From the human T2T-CHM13v2.0 reference genome, Homo sapiens, in the NCBI RefSeq assembly GCF_009914755.1, contig NC_060928.1: a DNA stretch of 64,000 nt; one strand, written 5' to 3'. How positions within the stretch are numbered: the first letter of the stretch is position 1; each line of letters opens with the position of its first letter. Shown here piece after piece: positions 1 through 16,014 of this stretch. The notes under the pieces are model-generated. The model ran no database searches. It saw nothing but the letters and a program-made list of their open reading frames with translations, and had not been told where the DNA came from. The position numbers were made by a program, and so were the translations under genes.

Positions 1-897
<897 letters not shown>

Positions 898-999
898 CCT
901 CTTAATACTGTCACAATTACAATAGAATTTGAACATGAGTCTTGATACGAATATTCAAACCATAACATCCAGTCTACTGAAGAGGCCATTAAAGGTATT

Positions 1000-2170
1000 C
1001 TTTACTTATTTTATATTTTTGATTATTAGCATTTTTTATTGATTATTTTTTAGAGTTGTAATTGCTGTGCTTACATTGCCCGTATGATTTTACATGTATA
1101 CTTTTTCCATTAGAGTCCTTAATACATTAATCATTGTTATTTTAAAAATTTAATGTCTGCTAATTTCAAAATCTGTGTCATGACTGAATCAGATGCTGGT
1201 GATTACTTTGTCTCATCATACTATCTTTTCCTGTCTTTTATCATACCTTGTGATTTTTTTGTAGAAAGCTAGACATGATGTATTTGGTAATAGGAACCTA
1301 GGTAAGTCAGGCTTTAGTGAAAGGTTTTATGTGTTTCTGGCTATAATTAGGCTTTTGTTTAATATTTTCTGTAGTTGTACGTGTCCGAGTCTTCAAATTC
1401 CTCTAGGGTCCTTGATTTTGTTTCCTCTGTTGTCTTTGGATTTCCCTAAGAATTCCGTTTTAAACAGTCTGTGCTGTGCAGCAAATCCCAGTTTCAATCC
1501 ACATTTATTTTACTAGAGACCTGTTGCTTAAGTCTCAAGGTATGGAAAAGGGGGCACTTTCTATAATCTTATATCAAATTTTAGTCTTTTAATGAGCCTG
1601 CATCCCTGGGCTGTGACTTTGATAAGTCTTTCTTAGTTCCTCCAAATTCGTTCAGTGAATCAGGAAAACTAGAGGGCAGCCTTCTTTTCCTCAGGCCAGA
1701 TAAGGCCCTGCTAATGTCTTTCCCTATGCAAAGCAGACTGTTTTTATGGACAATTCTCTGAATATATTTCAAAGTAGTTACTTCTCTGCTCCTGTGCCAG
1801 AAACATGGAGCAGTTTTTTTCAGGTCTTCACCCTAATAACCTGGTCAGGTCCTAGAAGTAAAACCCACAAATGTGATGATGTCTCCTAAAACTGGGCTAA
1901 AAGGAGTTTCTCACTTTTAAGGTAAAGCACGCTGGTTTTCCAGTAATTCCTCAAAATTGTAATGTAAGTGTTCCTATCAGTTTAAAGCTTCAGTAGCTCC
2001 TGCCCCATGTAAGGTGATCTCGGCTGTGATTTTCTTTGTTTGTGTATCTTTCAGATTTGTTCTGTTACATAAAATCTCAAATGAGTCTAAAAAAAGTTAT
2101 TAATTTTCAGTTTTTCAGCTTTTTTTCCTTGTCAAGATAACATTGAGGCCTTACAACTCTTTAAATGTTG
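1000..2170 (-). mobile_element. Degenerate old L1M-like fragment(s)
   Basis: T-rich sequence resembling antisense old mammalian L1 5' region (e.g. tttccattagagtccttaatacattaatcattgttattttaaa). Boundaries uncertain. Confidence 0.4.
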
Positions 2171-2341
2171 GAGCTGTAACAAAAAAAAAGTTATCATTTC
2201 TTATATGTTTACTTCGTGATAATTTATGGAGCTGTATATTTAGTAGTTGGGAGCTTTTGAGTATACATTATTTTAATAAAAGGTTTAATATCACTAAAAT
2301 ATAATATATATTCACTAGTAAATTTATAATTTATAAAACTG

Positions 2342-3310
<969 letters not shown>

Positions 3311-3717
3311 TGAGAAGCTCATTTAAAAATCACTTCTAAAAATGCAAAAGGAAAAATTTCATAGCAGACGACATTGCATTTTAATCCTTTTCATAAGTCC
3401 AGTGATTAATGGGTCTATAAGATACATTATGGAGACCTCACATATAGCTGAGGGGAAATTAATGGATAAAGAATTTCTAAATGCATGGGGGGCAAAAAGC
3501 ACAGAGACAGCGGAATACAAGTTAGCATAACTGATTTGGCTATGTACACACTGGTAATTTTTAGAGAAATTTAGGTTTTAAATGTAAGATAAATGCAGTC
3601 ATTAAGTCATTTTAAGGAGAGATTGCATTTTTGTCTGCTTGTTTGTTTTGCAATGAACTTGAACGAACATTGTAAGTAACTTGCTTCATAAACTGAGTAA
3701 AAGTGACAAACTACTTA

Positions 3718-4020
<303 letters not shown>

Positions 4021-4701
4021 TTATCATGATAGTTCAAGATGATGCTTTGTCTTGGATACTTTTACACATGTAAAGTCAAATGAGAGAATTTAAGTTATTT
4101 GGGGAATTATTTTAAAAGCCATATTGTTCCCCTTATCAAATACTCCTAAAACCTACTAAAACCTAAGTGCCACTTTCTTAGATTTTCCAGAACACTCTAA
4201 GCATTTATAACAGTAGTTAGTACAACGTTCTGTAAATATTGGTTTAGGGGTTAGTCTCTTCAGTTTAGTAACATTTCATTAACCACCATGAATGGCATAG
4301 TGTATATTTTTCATTTGTATTCCACAAAAATTTGTAAAATAAACATCCAATAAAAAATATTCTATTTGACTTCATTTTCATCCAGGGTCTTGTTGATTCT
4401 CTCACTATTCAGTTTTACTGATAAGAAATTTAAGTTTAAGGTCTCTCCCATTTGTTCCATTAATTAGACTTTTTTAGGAAAATATGTTCAAATTGACAAG
4501 TGCAATAATGGAATAGAAAAGGTATGTAATCAGCATTTTTCTATTAACTCGATCATCTTTTATCATAAAAGAAGTTATTTTCTCACAATCATTAAATTAT
4601 ATTAATTCAAAAAATACGAGAGGCTGCACTGTCCATTTGAAACATTTCATCTTAGCATATAGTCTAGGGACTAAGGCAATACAGAGATCACTTGTATACT
4701 T

Positions 4702-5189
<488 letters not shown>

Positions 5190-6889
5190 TCTATCTATAT
5201 ATATTTTTTAAAGTCACAGGTAGGGTGATAGATAAAATAAATCTCTGTTACATTTTTCCACTTTAGATTTCACATTAAATGACAGTAAAAAATTTCACAT
5301 TATATTTTTAAAATCATGTTTCTGTGAAACTAATAGTTAAAGTTCATTTCAGAAGGATTGTCATACTAAATCACTTACATTCTTTTAACAATTTCAAGTT
5401 TGTTTGACAAAGGGGCAAATGGTCTGAAGTGAGAAAAGAGTCTACATATTACATAAGGGCGTATGTAAAAAAAAATGGAAAATAGCCTCAGAAAAGCAAA
5501 ATGCTTCCGTAGTCTTTGCCTTCAACTACTCTTTTCATAGCTGTAGCTTTGTTTCAAATATCTTACATGAGTAGTTTAGGATATAAATAAATTTAAATGA
5601 CAAAATACCATTTTAGTATGGATTGTGCCTGGGTTTACATTTTTATTACTGTTCTTCATTGTCCAGTGTAGTACATAAACATATATTTTAATATGCATTT
5701 GACAAAATAACTTTAATGTAGAGATATTTTGAAATGATTTAAAGACTTTGTTTTTAACTAAGAATGCTATATGTAGGCATACAAAGTGTTTTCATTAAGA
5801 AATAGAACATTCCCACATCTTTTATTATACAGAGTTTGCAAATTTTCAGTTGCTCTGCGTTCTCCAATGGGATAAACTCACTTTTTGGTGGCTTCTTGTG
5901 TACAATGCATTTCTACGGGAAAGAGATGTATTTTGAGGGAGATACTCTAGGATTAACTGCAAAGTAGTAAATTTCCTTCATAAAAATTTGAAAACTCCCA
6001 TAGCACTTCTTGAGTAATATGACCTTAAAGCTAAATGCAAAATATTTCACAGTTTTGAATAAAACGAAGAAAGAGTATTTGATTGGCTCTCTTAAAGTAT
6101 CAGTTATTCTAATATAATTGTATAGTCATTTCATAGTTTTGACCATTTATATACATTATTTATTAGGTTTCTTCAAATTATTTAGTTCAATCAGTTTGGA
6201 GATTTAGTTTGTGCTAGCACTGGGCTAGGTTCTAGGAATGAGTTCCCATAACAGCAATAGGTGATTTCAGGCAGAGGAAACAATGTATCCTTAAAAAAAT
6301 TATGAAACAACATGATGTGCCAAAAAGAATTAGCACTGGGCACAAATTCCAATACACTAACATTTAGAAAACTCCGTCTCTGTCATATTAGTTACATGTT
6401 CTAACTAAGGAAAATTGCACACATGAGAAATGAGTAATCATCTAAAGACAACAGGCCAAACTGATAATTAAGTGAATAATTTGTGTAATAAGGTAAATTT
6501 ATTTAAGGGATTTGATTACCCATATTCATTATCTGCATTTGTGAAGTGCTCTACTTTCAATTCTGCTTTAAATAATGGAGACATCATTTTAACATAATTA
6601 AGATGTTACAATTATCTGTGTTATAGATTTTGATGTTTCAGTGTTACATAATTTTAGTTTCTTATAGCAATTATTCTTAGCTTTTCTGAATATTAACATA
6701 TGTTTCTCTATGATATTTTGAGTACCAATCTATATTTTTTCTCTCTTATTTTCCTTAGTTTTTCTTTCATTGTTCATTTTCATAGGAAAGATGAAAATAT
6801 GAGATAGAACAAAAATCACATGTAGCTGATGAGTCTTTGTATTTACTTCCCATATCCTAAATTTCATGGGGGGTATTTATAAGATTTTA

Positions 6890-7090
6890 GAAAAAAAGAA
6901 AAAGAAAGAGAAAGAAAGAAAGAGAGAGAGAAAAAGAAAGAAAGAAAAAAGAAAGAAAGAAAGAAAGGGAGGAAGAGAGATAGAGAGGGAGAGTGGGAGG
7001 GAGGGAAAGAGGAAGGAAGGAAGGAAGGAAAGAAAGAAAGAAAGGAAGAAAGAAAGAAAAGAAAGAAAGTAGTAAAAGAGAAAAAGAAAG
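6890..7090 (+). repeat. Polypurine (GAAA)n/(GGAA)n/(GA)n low-complexity tract
   Basis: About 200 bp almost purely A/G. Confidence 0.95.
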
Positions 7091-7098
7091 GCAGTGAC

Positions 7099-7241
7099 GT
7101 GGTAGGCAGATAATGTTCTGCCCCAAGTTACCCTTGTCCTAATCCCCAGATTCTGTGAATGTGCCTGTCTTATATGTGCAAAGGCACTATATGGATGTGA
7201 CTAAATTAAGGATCTTGAGATGAGGTAATTATCTTGGATTA
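7099..7241 (+). mobile_element. MLT1D-like LTR 5' part (truncated)
   Basis: gtggtaggcagataatg...cctaatccccag...tgtgaat...aaggatcttgagatg...attatcttggattat follows the MLT1D 5' consensus. Confidence 0.75.
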
Positions 7242-8968
7242 TGTCTTTTTTTGAAAAGTGTCTGTTCATGTTTTTTGCTCGCTTTTCCAAAGGGGCTGTT
7301 TGTTTTTTTCTTGTAATTTTGTTTAAGTTCCTTATAGATGCTTGATATTAGACCTTTCTCAGAAACAGTTTGCAAATATTTTCTTCTATTTTGTAGGTTG
7401 TCTGTTTACTGTGTTTAGTTTCTTTTGCTGTGCAGAAGCTCTTTAATTTAATTAGATCCCATTTGTCAATTTTTGCTTTTGTTGTGATTGCTTTCAGTGC
7501 CTTTGCCGTGAAATTTTTGCCCATTCCTCTGTCCCAGTTGTTATTGCCTAGGTTGTCTCCAGGGTTTTTATAGTTTTGGGGTTTACATTTAAATCTTTAA
7601 TCCATCTTGAGTTCATTTTTGTATAAAGTGTAAGGAAGGGGTCCAGCTTCAATATTCTGGTTATGACTAACCAGTTATCCCAGCACTATTAATCAAATAG
7701 GGAGTCTTTTCCCCATTGCTTGTTTTTGTTAGCTTCATTGGAGATCAGATGGTAAAAGGTGTGTGGCCTTATTTCTGGGCTCTCTGTTCTGTTCCATTGG
7801 TCTATGTGCCTGTTTTTGTACTAGTACCATGCTTTTTGGTTACTGTAGCCCTATAGTATAGTTTGAAGGTCAGTAATGTGATGCCTCCAGCTTTGTTCTT
7901 TTTGCTTAGGATTGCCTTGGCTATTCAGTCTTTTTTGTTTCTATTTGAATTTTCAAATAGATTTTTTTCTAGGTCTGTGAAGAATGTCATTTTTAGTTTA
8001 ACAGGAATAGCACTGAATCTGTAAATTGCTTTGGTCAGTATGGTCATTTTAATGATATTAATTCTTCCTATCCATGAGCATGTGATTTTTTTTTTCATTT
8101 ATTTGAGTCATCTCTGATTTCATTGAGAAGTGTTTTGTAATTCTCATTGTAGAGATCTTTCACCTCGCTGGTTCTCTGTATTACTAGGTATTTTGTTGTT
8201 TTTGTAGCAATTATGAATTGGATTGCCTTTCTGATTTGGCTCTTGGTTTGGCTGTTTTCTGTATAGGAATGAGACTGATTTTTGTACATTGATTTTGTAT
8301 CCAGAAACCTCACTGAAGTTGTTTATCAGTTGAAGGAGTTTTTTTGCTGAGACTATGGGGTTTCCTAAATATAGAATCATGTTGTCTGTAAATAGGGATA
8401 GTTTGACTTCCTCTTTTCTTATTTGAATGTCTTTTATTTCTATCTCTTGCCTAATTGCTTTGGCTAGGATTTCCTATAACATGTTGAATAGGAATGGTGA
8501 GATTTGGTATCCTTGTCTTGTGCTGGTTTTCAAGGGGAATGCTTCCAGCTTTTGCCCATTCAGCATGATATTAACTGTCGGTTTGTCCTAGATGGCTCTT
8601 ATTATTTTGAGCTAAGTTTATTCAATACCTAGTTAATTAAGAATTTTTAACATGAATGGGTGTTAAATTCTATCAAAAGCCTTTTCTGCATCTATTGAGA
8701 TAATTATGTGGTGTTTGCCTTTAATTCTGTGTATGTGATAAATCACATTTATTGATTTGCATATGATGAACCAGCCTTGCATCTCAGAGATGAAGCCTAT
8801 ACTTGATTGTGGTGAATTAGTTTTTTGACATGCTGCTAGTTTTAGTTTGCAAGTATTTTATTAAGGATTTTTGCATTGATGTTATTCAAGGATGTTTGCT
8901 TGAAGTTTTCTTTTTTATTGTGTCTCTGCAAGGTTTTGGTATAAGAATGGTGCTGGCCTCATAGAATA
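7242..8968 (-). mobile_element. L1 (older L1PA/L1PB) ORF2 internal fragment, truncated at both ends
   Basis: Antisense ORF2 RT/C-terminal region; ORF-track peptides such as [14 protein letters not shown] and [14 protein letters not shown]. No poly-A or 3'UTR. Confidence 0.92.
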
Positions 8969-9147
8969 ACTACAAACTTTTAACATGTTTCCAACCTAAG
9001 TCACAATAACATGGAATTTGAGCTATTTTGAAACTCATAAAAAACAAAGTACATGAGAGTATTTATGTATTAAGAATATTTTAAACAATATTTGAAAATA
9101 TTCTTTGATGATGAAGCTGAGGTAAATAAGTGGAAAATAAAGCAAGC

Positions 9148-9226
9148 ATATATATATGTGTATGCATATATATATGTGTATATATATATACACACACAAT
9201 ATATGTATATATATACACACACATAT
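9148..9226. repeat. (TA)n/(CA)n/(TG)n compound microsatellite
   Basis: Directly visible. Confidence 0.9.
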
Positions 9227-9626
9227 GCCTAGTTGAATTCATTTTTTTCTTAATTATTTCCAACTTTGGCCTCTGAAGTTTTTTTTAACAAAAGATAGAA
9301 CAAGATTGTTGGCATCCAATTTGCTTTACCCCGATAATTGACAATTATATTAGAACCATTAAGAATATTTCCTATGAGCTTAACATGACTTTTCACCTGG
9401 ATTCAGAGAGTTAAAACATTTCAAATAATTTCTTTAGTTGCATAATTTTAGCCTTAGTCTTTCATTAATTTTAATAAGTGCTTAAATTGATTCAGCATTT
9501 GCTGAGTATTTTAATATTGAAAGAAGAAGCAATCCTGCTAATTTCAAAAGAATAACAAGACTCTCAGATTATTTTTTTTTGGAAGGGAGGATCCAATTTG
9601 CTTTTCCCTTGATGGATAGGCATATA

Positions 9627-9975
9627 CAGATGTGCTTCAACTTACAATGATATTACATCCTGATAAAACCATTGTAAATTGAAAATATTATAATTCAAAA
9701 ATACATTTAATATATCTAATCTACTGAACATCATAGCTTAGCCTGCCGTACCTTAAACATGCTCAGAACACTTACATAAGCCTGCAGTTGGGAAAAATCA
9801 TCTAACATAGAGGCTATTTTGTAATAAAGTGTTGGATATCTCATGTAATTTATTGAATCTTGCATGAAAGTGAAAAACAGAATGGTTGTATGGTTTCTAC
9901 TAAATGCATATCACTTTTGCACTATCATAAAATAAAAAATGATAAGTTGAACCATTGTAAGTCTTGGGCCATCTG
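9627..9975 (+). mobile_element. MER47A (TcMar-Tigger) complete non-autonomous element
   Basis: CAGATG...CATCTG terminal inverted ends flanked by TA on both sides; internal ctactgaacatcatagcttagcct motif. Confidence 0.88.
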
Positions 9976-11005
9976 TAGCAGTTTCAATTATCCAAACTAG
10001 AGAGGAAAGGAAAAAATAATCTCAAATCATTATCTAGTGCATATTTATATGGTTTGTCTGCTAGCTATTCACATTACTGGTTGGTTATTAAGAGGTGCAG
10101 ATCTCATTTTTATACTATTATAGGATATAATGGAAATATTTGCACTGTAAGAACAAATGTAATTTATGACAACAAAATTATGATTATATGTTTATAGAGT
10201 ATTAGAAATCAACTAATCTAAATTTTCTTTTTAATAGGAAATAACATTAGGAATAAAGTTTTTTACTTCCCTAAGGTTTTTAACCATCTAGACACATTCA
10301 AAAATTCAAAATTTTATTTCCATTTTTGTATTTTTTTAACTTGCTGCAGCCAATTAATTGATTTTATGTACAGTATTCTATGGATGTTATTTGTATATCA
10401 TCTTTCCTTTGAGTACTATAATGTATGTGATAACCCTGAAATATGCATTTTATTAAGGCTTGATTAATGTATTTTCCCAATTCTTTATACTAGAATGCAA
10501 AATTAAATAAATTTGTTGAGCTATACATTACAAGCAGCACACTAGCTCTACCCTAATCCATCCTCCTAGGCTGATACCAGAGAAGGAAAATAGATGCAGA
10601 AAGAAAAGAATGAGTGGGAAAGATGAAGAAAGAGACAATAAAAATACTGTGCTCTGCTTCCACACTATGGCTACATAAATTATGAGATTAAGTGTAAACT
10701 GAGAAGATGGGAAATAATTTAATTAAATTTGATGTTAAAGTTTTAGATTAATAGACACAGAGAATAAGACATGCAGATGAAAAAGTAAGAAAAAAGTCTG
10801 GGACTGCATTAAATATGTTGACAAGGATGGATTCCAATATTTTTGTTATTACCCTCAAGGGAACTAAAAGAGAGAATGTGATCTGCAAGGTGAGATACCT
10901 CTTCATCACCACGGGTGAAAAAGCACACTTAGTTTTAATGGTCATATAGAGTTAAGAAGTTGAGGTCTTGTACTCAAATGAGATGTTGGAGATGAAAAAA
11001 CTATA

Positions 11006-13294
11006 TGTATTCGTTCATTTTCATGCTGCTGATAAAGGCATACTTGAGACTTGGAAGAAAGAGAAGTTTAATGGACTTCTAGTTACACAAGGCTGGTGAG
11101 GCCTCACAGTCATGGTGAAAGGCAAGAAGGAGCAAGTCACATCTTACATGGATGGCAGCAGGCAAAGAGCGAGAGCTTGTGCAGGGAAATTCTCATTTTT
11201 AAAACCATCAGATCTCATGAGACTTTTTCACTATCACAAGAACAGCACAGGAAAATCCCTCCCCTATGATTCAATTATTTCATACCAGTTACCTCCCACA
11301 ACATGTGAGAATTATGGGAGCTACAATTCAAGATGAGGTATGGGGAGGGACACACAGCCAAACCACATTATTCCACCCCTGGCCCCTCCCAAATATCATG
11401 TTTTCACATTTCAAAACCAATCATGCTTTCCCAACAGTCCCCCAAGTCTTAACTCATTTCAGCATTAACTCAAAAGTCTACAGTCTAATGTTTCATCTGA
11501 GACAAGGCAAGTCCCTTCCACCTATGAGCCTGGAAAATCAAAAGCAAGTTAGTTACTTCCTAGATACAATGGGGGTACAGGCATTGGGAAAATACAGTCA
11601 TCCCAAATGGGAGAAATTGGCCAAAATAAGGGAGCTACAGGCCCCATGCACGTCCAAAATCCAGCAGGGAAGTCAATCTTAAAGCTCCAAAATGATCTTT
11701 GACTCCAGGTCTTACATCCAGGTCATGCTGATGCAAGAGGTGAGCTCCCATGGTCTTGGACAGCTCCACCCCTGTGTCTTTACAGGGTACAGTCTCCCTC
11801 CTTACTGCTTTCATGGGCTGGGGTTGAGTGTCTGTGGCTTTTCCAGGTGAACAGTGCAACCTCTTGGTGGATCTATCATTTTGGGGTCTGGAGAATGGTG
11901 GCCCTCTTCTCATAGCTTCACTACATGACGTCCCAGTAGGGACTCTGTGGGCACAACCCCACATTTCCCTTCCTCACTGCCTTAGCAGAGGTTCTCCATG
12001 AGGGCCCCACCCCTGCAGCAAATGTTTACCTGGGCATCCAGGTGTTTCCATACATCCTCTGAAATCTAGGTGGAGGTTCTCAGACACCAATTCTTGACTT
12101 TTGTGTACATGCAAGCTCAACACCACATGGAAGCTGCCAAGGATTGAGGCTTTACCCACTGAAGTAATGGCCTAAACTCTCTGTTGGTCCCTTTCAGCCA
12201 TGGCTGAAGAGGCTGGAATTCAGGGCACAAAGTTCCTAGGCTGCACACAGTGTGGGGACCCTGGGCCCAGACCATGAAACCATTTTTTCCTCCTAGGCCC
12301 CTGGGTCTGTTATGGGAGAGGCTGCTGCAAAGGTCTCTTACATGCCTGGGAGACATTTTCCCCATTGTCTTAGTGATTAACATTCAGCTTCCCATTACTT
12401 ATGTAAATTTCTCAGCTGGCTTGAATTTCTCCTCAGAAAATGGGATTTTATTATCTATTGAATTGTCAGGCTGTGAATTTTTTGAAATTTTATGCTCTGT
12501 TTTCCTTTTAAAACTGAAAGCCTTTAATAGCACACAAGTCACCTCTTGAATGCTTTGCTACTTAGAAATTTCTTCTACCAGATACCCTAAATCATCTCTC
12601 TCAACTTCAGAGTTCCACAAATCTGTAAGACAGGGACAAATGCCTCCAATCCCTTTGCTAAAACATAACAAGAGTCACCTTTGCTCCAGTTCCCAACAAG
12701 TTTTTCATTTCCATCTGAGACCATCTTAGCCAAGACTTTATTGTCCGTATCATTATCAACATTTTTGGCAAAGCCATTCAACAAGACTCTATGAAGTTCC
12801 AAACTTTCCCACATTTTCCTGTCTTCTTCTGAGCCCTCCAAGCAGTTCCAACCTCTGCCTGTTACCTAGTTCCAAAGTTGCATCTACATTTTCAGGTATC
12901 TTTTCAGCAGCACCTACTCCTGGTACCAATTTATTGTGTTAGTCCATTTTCATGCTGCTGCTAAAGGCATACCAGAGACTGGGAAGAAAAAGAGGTTTAA
13001 TGGATCTACAGTTACACAAGGATGGGGAGGCCTCACAATCATGGTGGAAGGCAATGAGGAGCAAGTCACATCTTACATGGGTGGTGTCAGGCACAGAGAG
13101 AGTGCTTGTGCAGGAGAAATCCCATTTTTAAAACCATCAGATCTCATGAGACTTATTCACTATCACAAGAACAGCATAGGAAAGAGCCACCTTCGTGATT
13201 CAATTATCTCCCTCTGGGTCCCTCCTGCAACACATGGGAATAATGAGAGCCACAAGATGAGATTTGGGTTGGGACAGAGAGCCAAACCATATCA
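11006..13294 (-). mobile_element. Complete THE1 (ERVL-MaLR) element: LTR 11006-11370, internal 11371-12934, LTR 12935-13294
   Basis: Two homologous ~360-bp LTRs in direct orientation around the THE1 internal region. 5-bp TSD ctata/cgata (4/5 match). Confidence 0.93.
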
Positions 13295-13434
13295 CGATAT
13301 AAACCCAGGTTTCTCAAAAACTTAGCTTGCCCAGTATAATAACGGGCAAGAGAAAATAAAATTAAATAGAAGCACAGGGTGATTATAAGGGGTCTATAGT
13401 AACTAGGCATCCACTCAAGAAGAAAATATTTTAA

Positions 13435-13541
13435 AAAAGAGAGAGAAAAAAAAGAAAGAGGAAGGGAGAAAAGGGAAGGCAGGCAGGCAGGCAGGCAGGA
13501 AGGAAGGAAAGAAAGGGAGGGAAGGAAAAAAGGAAGGAAGA
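13435..13541 (+). repeat. Purine-rich (GGCA)n/(GGAA)n tract
   Basis: Directly visible. Confidence 0.9.
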
Positions 13542-16014
13542 GATTTTCATCCACCTGTCAATCTGTAGTCTTGCTATCACAAAGGCTTGGGATCCAAATA
13601 TGCATACATGTAAAATACAGAAAAGCTAAAAGGTAGAGATTAAGCTAAAATAAAATCAAATTGATAGTGTCCAAGGTCCTTCAGAAGATGTAAATACAAT
13701 TTATATCTGGAGAAACTCAGCCTGAAAATATAGCCCTCATGATTGTTAAACATTTAAATCAGTTAAATATCAACTAACAAAAAGTAGGAAAAATGTGGAA
13801 TACATCATTAAAGGCATTAGAAGCTATTAACAGCAGAATTCAACTTTGACATTTTAAAATATGATATCATATTTGATAATGTGAACAGTACAGTGTAAGA
13901 ACTGTAAGAAGTTATACTGGGAAAAGATAATTGAAAAGAAATCCTCTGTGGTTAAATTTTAGTCTTGAAAATAGACTTGAAAGTAAAAATAGTATTACCA
14001 GGTTTAGAAAGGGCCATTATATAATGACAAAAGTTTCAATTCACCAGGAGACAGGAGACAATAAACATTCTAAATTTACCTAATAAACTTGTCTCACTTT
14101 TTATTTTTAATCAAAAGAAGCCATGTTCACTTTCATAGTTGGAGAAATGCAAGACTTTTATGTTCTGTAGTTTCCTCCCAAGTTGCAGAATTCTAAAAAA
14201 TGTATATTCTTTTCTTAGTAACAACTATTCATTTATGACAAACACACATCTGATCCAGTCCAAAGTTATTTCAGAGCTTCCAACACTGGGAATGTCCTCT
14301 GAAGAATGTGGATACTGCTTTCTTACCCATTCTGATAAAAGAAAATAAACCACCTTATTAGCTGCATTCTCCCTAATCACTCCCCTGGGGGTAATAAAAA
14401 CAATATGATAATCTATCACTGTCAGAATTTTTTTCAGCCGTAAAAAGGGGAATTTCAGGAAAAAAATCAATTCTGAACCATTTCTGTGGGATTATTTCAG
14501 CTCTGCCTCCCTCTAGGTGAGTTTCAGCCCCAGGATGATTTCTCTCAAGGTTTCATGGGGCAGCAGATGCTACTGAAGTTAGATAGGTATATGTTCACAT
14601 TTACATGGAAAGAGAAAACAACTCTAACAATAAAATATTTTTCCTTGAATTTTTTAGACAATCTCAGGTTGTCTATTACATCTAACCCATAATGCCATTA
14701 ATTTAATGCCATGTATTAACTAGATTATGTATTTCCTGACCCAAATGCAAAACTCCTGAAAGGGTTAAGATCACCAGGACTGACTCAGAGCCCAGCATTG
14801 CAGCAAGGGTTGGCTTCAGCTTTTCTGGAGTTACCTGGAAGGTATGTGTCAAACCAACACAAGATGAAATTTCTGATTGTCTAAGTAGAATTGACAAGGT
14901 GAACTGACAACTACTTAGGGGTTAGTGTGTAGTAACAAAAAAGAATTTCCCTTTGTTGAATCTAAAAATCATAAAGACTAAATTTCTAATTTAGGAAGAA
15001 AATTATACAAAACTAATGTATCTCTCATGACTATGCTAGTACATTAACAAACCAGTGGCTGTTATTACCTTTAGCAGTTTAAATATTTTGAAATCATGTG
15101 CTAAAATATGACTTTAGCACATGTGATTATGTTCTCTTTATGGAGGGGATCTAGCAAATTAACCTTATTTAGTCAAGAAAACAAAGGGAAAGTGTTTTTG
15201 GAAAAGCTGGTTTTTCCAAAGTGCTGATTATTCATTACTGGCTTTGGAGGTTTTATAGGTTTACATTTCATCTTTCTAAAGAAACTGTAAACATTATCAG
15301 CACTGAATATATGCATTTTCATATCAACTCAAAATCTGTTTTGGTGACCTTCACAACATCCTTAATTAGCTGAGCCTTACTAAATGAAAGCAGTTACACT
15401 GCTTTACTAAATTCCTTTAATATGTTCATAGTTTAACATGATTTTCTTCAAAAGAAAATTGCAAATATGCCCTTAACTTGGCCCATTCTATCAATTTAAG
15501 TGTCTAGAAATCAAACAGAATATAAAAAGTAGGCTTTTGTATAAAATTGGGATTTAACTAAAAACATATCTAGATAGTAAAGCAATGAAGAAATGAAACA
15601 TAAAGTAAATTTTATGTTTTGCTTTAATGAATCTGAAATAATATCTGCATGCCTGTGCATATCTATATAATATGCAGAGTGTTTAAACACATACATAATA
15701 TGTATATAATTAATTAGTTTAATTTACATAATTTATAGATTTTTGTCTTTATAGTCAGCTTAATACTTTTCAGAAAGAGTTAACTGTGATTATTCTAATT
15801 TTTAAATAAATGTCTTTTCAGAGTTAACTCCATCCTCCCTATCAGAATGTTAGAAATGATATTTTGAACAACTAACCACAAGCCAGTGGCAGACTTACTT
15901 TGATGCAATGTAAAAAACATATTTTCGGGAGACCTAAAAAAAGTACCTAGGTCAGCATTTAAGGCATTTAAAAAACTTTGGCCCATTAAGATACTTTAAA
16001 ATCTTTCTCAAATA

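Noticed and set aside
11112-13325. Cluster of ORFs of 60-140 aa
   Set aside because: All lie within THE1 LTR/internal sequence and are fragmented.
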